Below, one piece after another: positions 34,921 to 38,402 of a stretch of 38,402 nt of DNA. Source of the stretch: Enoplolaimus lenunculus. Its lineage: Eukaryota. Each line of letters starts with the position of its first letter. Position 1 is the stretch's first letter. The notes below the pieces were generated by a model. It searched no databases. It saw only the letters and a list, made by a program, of their open reading frames with translations, and had not been told where the DNA came from. The position numbers and the translations under genes were made by a program. The stretch is taken from the NCBI GenBank assembly GCA_030248215.1, contig JASANG010003984.1, positions 620,001 to 658,402 of the forward strand, written 5' to 3'.

Positions 34921-35038
34921 CATTTCTAGGCTGCGCGAAAGCAAAATTATATTTCAAAGCTCAACTGAACAATATTTGCTTTCTGTCCGTGCAATGAACT
35001 ACCTCTATTTAGCTTCTTTAGTCGGTCTAACCAGCAGA

Positions 35039-35205
35039 CAGGCCCATAGCCAGCTCACCTTGCTAGGGGGGCGGAAAATTTTTTCAGGAATCGCATTCAT
35101 GGATTTTCAATGAGTTACAAGAAAGTTTAAAAATTCTCCAAAGGGGGTAGGCCAAAATTTATCCAGAAGGGGCTGAAGCCCCTGCCCCCCTTGGCTACGG
35201 GCCCG
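35039..35205. mobile_element. hAT-like MITE (CAGGCCCGTAGCC family)
   Basis: CAGGCCCATAGCCAGCTCACC ... TTGGCTACGGGCCCG. Confidence 0.75.
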
Positions 35206-36617
35206 CTAAACGAGAGGCTCATAGCCACATAGCCAGTCAGCCGGATTTTAGAGGAGTCCAGGGCTTTTCAGATGGCACCGTGTACGCATTTAGGTATAAT
35301 TCACAACATTGGGCGAAAATATTTACAAGATGTTGGTGCTAAGCCCCTAGTATTTTTCTTGTCTTCGGGTTTCTAGGCATAGGTTGCGGTAGAATATTCT
35401 AAATCTTACACGTATATTCAAGGTTTTTTTTCTCAGCAAAAATATATTAATAATAAAAGCTAATTGTATGCAAATTGAAAGTTCTCATGCTCTATTCTAA
35501 AATTTATGTAAATTCTTTAGAGAGTTTGAACCTGATTTGAAAGTTGGGCTCCGGTTTGAGCTGCTGTTTGATTCAAATCAACCGGATAGGTTAAATATTG
35601 ATAACAAATTGTAATATGGTTATCACACTGGCGGATCCAATGGGGCCACCAAAGTAATTACCATTCAACAGGGATAAAAATCAAAATATTTTGTCTTAAG
35701 ATAGTATATTCTAAAATTGTGTTTGGCTTTTCGCTTGCGAGCTTCTTTTGCTATTATATATCGTACGACTCCCGTAGGAACTTTTGAACCGTCACTGGCT
35801 TCTAAAGGTACAACCGGGGGTATGCCTCCGGCTCCTGCTACGGCAGAAAATCGGCCTCCGGTTCCGGTAGATCTTTGGCCAAAGGTTCCGGCAATTCCGG
35901 TAGAAAAATTTTGCATAATTTTGCAAAATTTATGTGATTTAGCGCGTTTCGTTTTACTTTTGTTATAATTTTCAGTAAAGAATTTCCCGAAATTTCGCAG
36001 AAAATTCTCATGAATTTTCCAAAAAACTTCAAACAACGTATCTCCGATATCCGCTAAAATTAAGTGATTAACCCTCTTTTCCATCTAATTTGGCCTCAGC
36101 TCAGGCTTCGGCTTGGGCAAATTTCGTTGACCTCCGACTCAGGCTTTTGTATTTTTCCGCACCTTCCGGCTCCGCCCTGCTGGCTTTCTCATGAATAGAA
36201 CTTGGCGATAAGTTATAGCTGCTTGAATAAAACTTATCAACACTTATGTATTTAATTGTTTGGGCCACATGCAAAGTGGATACACTCGTGCAATATACCA
36301 ATACCCTTCACAAATATACTGCAGCCTATTTATAAATAGACAGTTCCGTACTTAGCGCTAGAAATAGCCCACAAATGCGAGTCCTCACATCCAAGGAACC
36401 CCTCCAATGTTTAGCTAAGTATTTTTTCGCAACCTTATACAAAGCAATATATTTTTGAAATGGGTAGTAAATAATACATCACTTAGAGCAAAACTGAGGC
36501 TTGGGTTATTCTTGTTGAGGGCAATTCGTATTAACCATCGAAAAGACTTCAACTAGGCAGCCTCTCCTCAGCGCGCCACTGTGAACAGGCGCTTTTGCAA
36601 GATACTTAAGGTTACAT

Positions 36618-36824
36618 GACGTATGTTACTTTTAGGAGCGTAGCAGTAGATGAAGCGTAATCCAAAGCGGAGTAAGCCTAAGCAATTCCAAAATGTGATC
36701 CTAAGCATAAGCCTATTAAGCCTAAGTATAAGCCTAAGCAAGAAAATGTAATCTAGAATCTAAACCTACTCCTTGTACAGACCCATCAAGAACCTGGAAC
36801 CGCCTCTCAAAAGCACCATGGGCC
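36618..36824. mobile_element. Merlin-like telomere-repeat MITE A1, diverged
   Basis: ATGTTACTTTTAGGAGCGT ... TAAGCC modules ... TCTAGAATCTAAACC ... CATGGGCC. Confidence 0.7.
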
Positions 36825-36999
36825 ATTATATCAATGACGTTGTACTCTCATGAAATGTAATCGCGGCTCCACCGTTATGTTAGCTGAAATACTACGGTTT
36901 GTTGCCGTTTCTCAAATTTCACATTACAACTTAGTGACCGAAATGCTTATTAGAGGTTTACAAATGTCTAAATCTGCCCTTTTGGTACTGGGACTACGC

Positions 37000-37312
37000 T
37001 GACGATACGCCTGATTTGAAGCGGGTTACCGACTCGCGAGCGAGAGGCCCTAGGTTCGATTGCAGGCGTGGCCATATCTTCGAAGAAATTAAAGGGAAAA
37101 TTGAACTATATTCGAAGTATTTTGGGAAAAGGGTCCGTCCCCACCGTGCAGTTCTGACACGAGGAGAGGACGCCTGTTGCCTTCTCTCTGCGGATGTGCT
37201 TCAATACATTCTGGAGTCGGCTCACTTCTGTTAAAGGGCCCGGGCCTGGCTTGTAGTTGTCCGGCCCACGGATTTTATATAAGGGTTAGCAGCCAAAAAT
37301 ATAAAACAAATC
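37000..37312 (+). mobile_element. Probable tRNA-derived SINE
   Basis: B-box GGTTCGATTGC within GACTCGCGAGCGAGAGGCCCTAGGTTCGATTGCAGGCGTGGCCA, homologous to the tRNA-like head at 12937-13008, followed by a GC-rich body and an A-rich tail. Confidence 0.55.
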
Positions 37313-37841
37313 ATATAAACGCAACGCTATTTGTTGTCTCAATGTCCGAACGAATGATTGTGGTTGAGAGTGGTTCAACGACTATAAAATAACGTTCTAA
37401 TTTATACAATAAGGCGACAGGAAATAGGTTTCTTCATAAATTTTTTGAACAAACCCGTTTTAGGCTTAGGCAAGCAGTAACTTAACCTAAATCTGTAGGC
37501 AGCGCACGTCGTGCTCTGATTTATTTTGGCTCGCGAGCCTAAAAAGTTTTTGGCGACGGCCAGGCCTGGCTTAGGCCCCGAGGGTCCAACACTTTGGCCC
37601 TTTCCCGACCAAGTCGGTTCCAACTCTAGTTTAATATCCGATTCAAAAGGTTAACGATCGTTTGCAAAATACGTTTAAATATAATTATACCTGCTTGTAA
37701 TAAATCTTCTGGTTAATACACATCAGGTGATAAAGCTGGGACGTTTTTCCCGGAATCCCCTGAACCTGTGTAACTTAATACTTTAGTTGTATGTTCATTA
37801 CTAATCAATAAAATTATTTTTGTTCGACTGTTTCATTAGCT

Positions 37842-38003
37842 GGCCCATATTTCTACGAACATAGGCATGAAACGGTATTTCTGTGGGACTGCAATAGAGT
37901 AAGCTTAAGCTTAACGATTTTTTGCTTAAGCTTAGGTATAAGCTTATTCTCTCGTTTTGATTTAGGCATTGTTTATACTACTGTTATGGCTCTGTTCTAT
38001 ACG
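37842..38003. mobile_element. Merlin-like telomere-repeat MITE A2, degenerate
   Basis: GGCCCAT... GACTGCAATAGAGTAAGCTTAAGC... TATACTACTGTTATGGCTCTGTTCTATAC. Confidence 0.6.
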
Positions 38004-38402
38004 TTCATCTATTATCTTAATAGTTTTTAATTATGTATTGATCACACTTCTATCAGGTTCAGCATAAATATTTAAGTTACCTGGTTACTCTGTGTAAAGC
38101 AAACCCAAGAAATTGGTCGACGTGAAATTAATATAAATAAAAGCATCCTAAACACTGAATGAAGTAGAATCCTTGCATTGCGTCTTCAGATTAGCAATAC
38201 CCCCATCTGAATATTTTGATCGGACTCAAAATAGTCTCTTTTATGCATGATTTAAAATAACGTTTTAGACGCTTAAGGTTGAAAATAATTGAAAATACAA
38301 CAGCTGCTATTAAAGTTAAGTAGTTTTTGAGTCGTCTTTTTACTGTTTTTCAAGTTATCTGATAAAATGTGATATTGAGTTTGAAAAATTTTCGTAATTT
38401 GA

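Noticed and set aside
35665..36084. 139-aa minus-strand ORF
   Set aside because: It overlaps a repeat with CCGG subterminal motifs ending in CCGGCTCCGCCCTG and has no protein motif or splice support.

Overview
This is eukaryotic, AT-rich, repeat-dense genomic DNA, almost certainly from a nematode: TTTCAG-type splice acceptors, abundant interstitial TTAGGC repeats, and an ODR-2/HOT-family gene. The intron sizes and MITE load fit a large-genome species, but the species cannot be determined from the sequence. Two spliced + strand genes can be assembled with consistent splice phases: a 3-exon Ly-6/uPAR ODR-2/HOT-like gene (4060-7637, 259 aa) and a 4-exon Golgi-type Sulfotransfer_2 (HNK-1ST/CHST-like) sulfotransferase with a polyQ stem (17972-24371, 452 aa). 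The rest is mostly short non-autonomous DNA transposons classified here by TIR/TSD signature: Merlin-like (GG ends, 8-bp TSD), hAT-like (8-bp TSD), piggyBac-like (TTAA), PIF/Harbinger-like (TTA), Tc1/pogo-like (TA) and CMC-like (CAC ends). These are often nested, and there are also tRNA-derived SINE remnants, satellites and faint protease-like coding relics. The most unusual signals are a Merlin-like MITE family carrying variable-length telomeric TTAGGC arrays (over a dozen copies or fragments), a piggyBac-like MITE carrying a tRNA-like A-box/B-box cassette, and two 4-copy ~155-160 bp tandem arrays, one of which reiterates the sulfotransferase 3' end. No prokaryotic features, CRISPR arrays or intact transposase were found. 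All family assignments were made by eye, without database searches.
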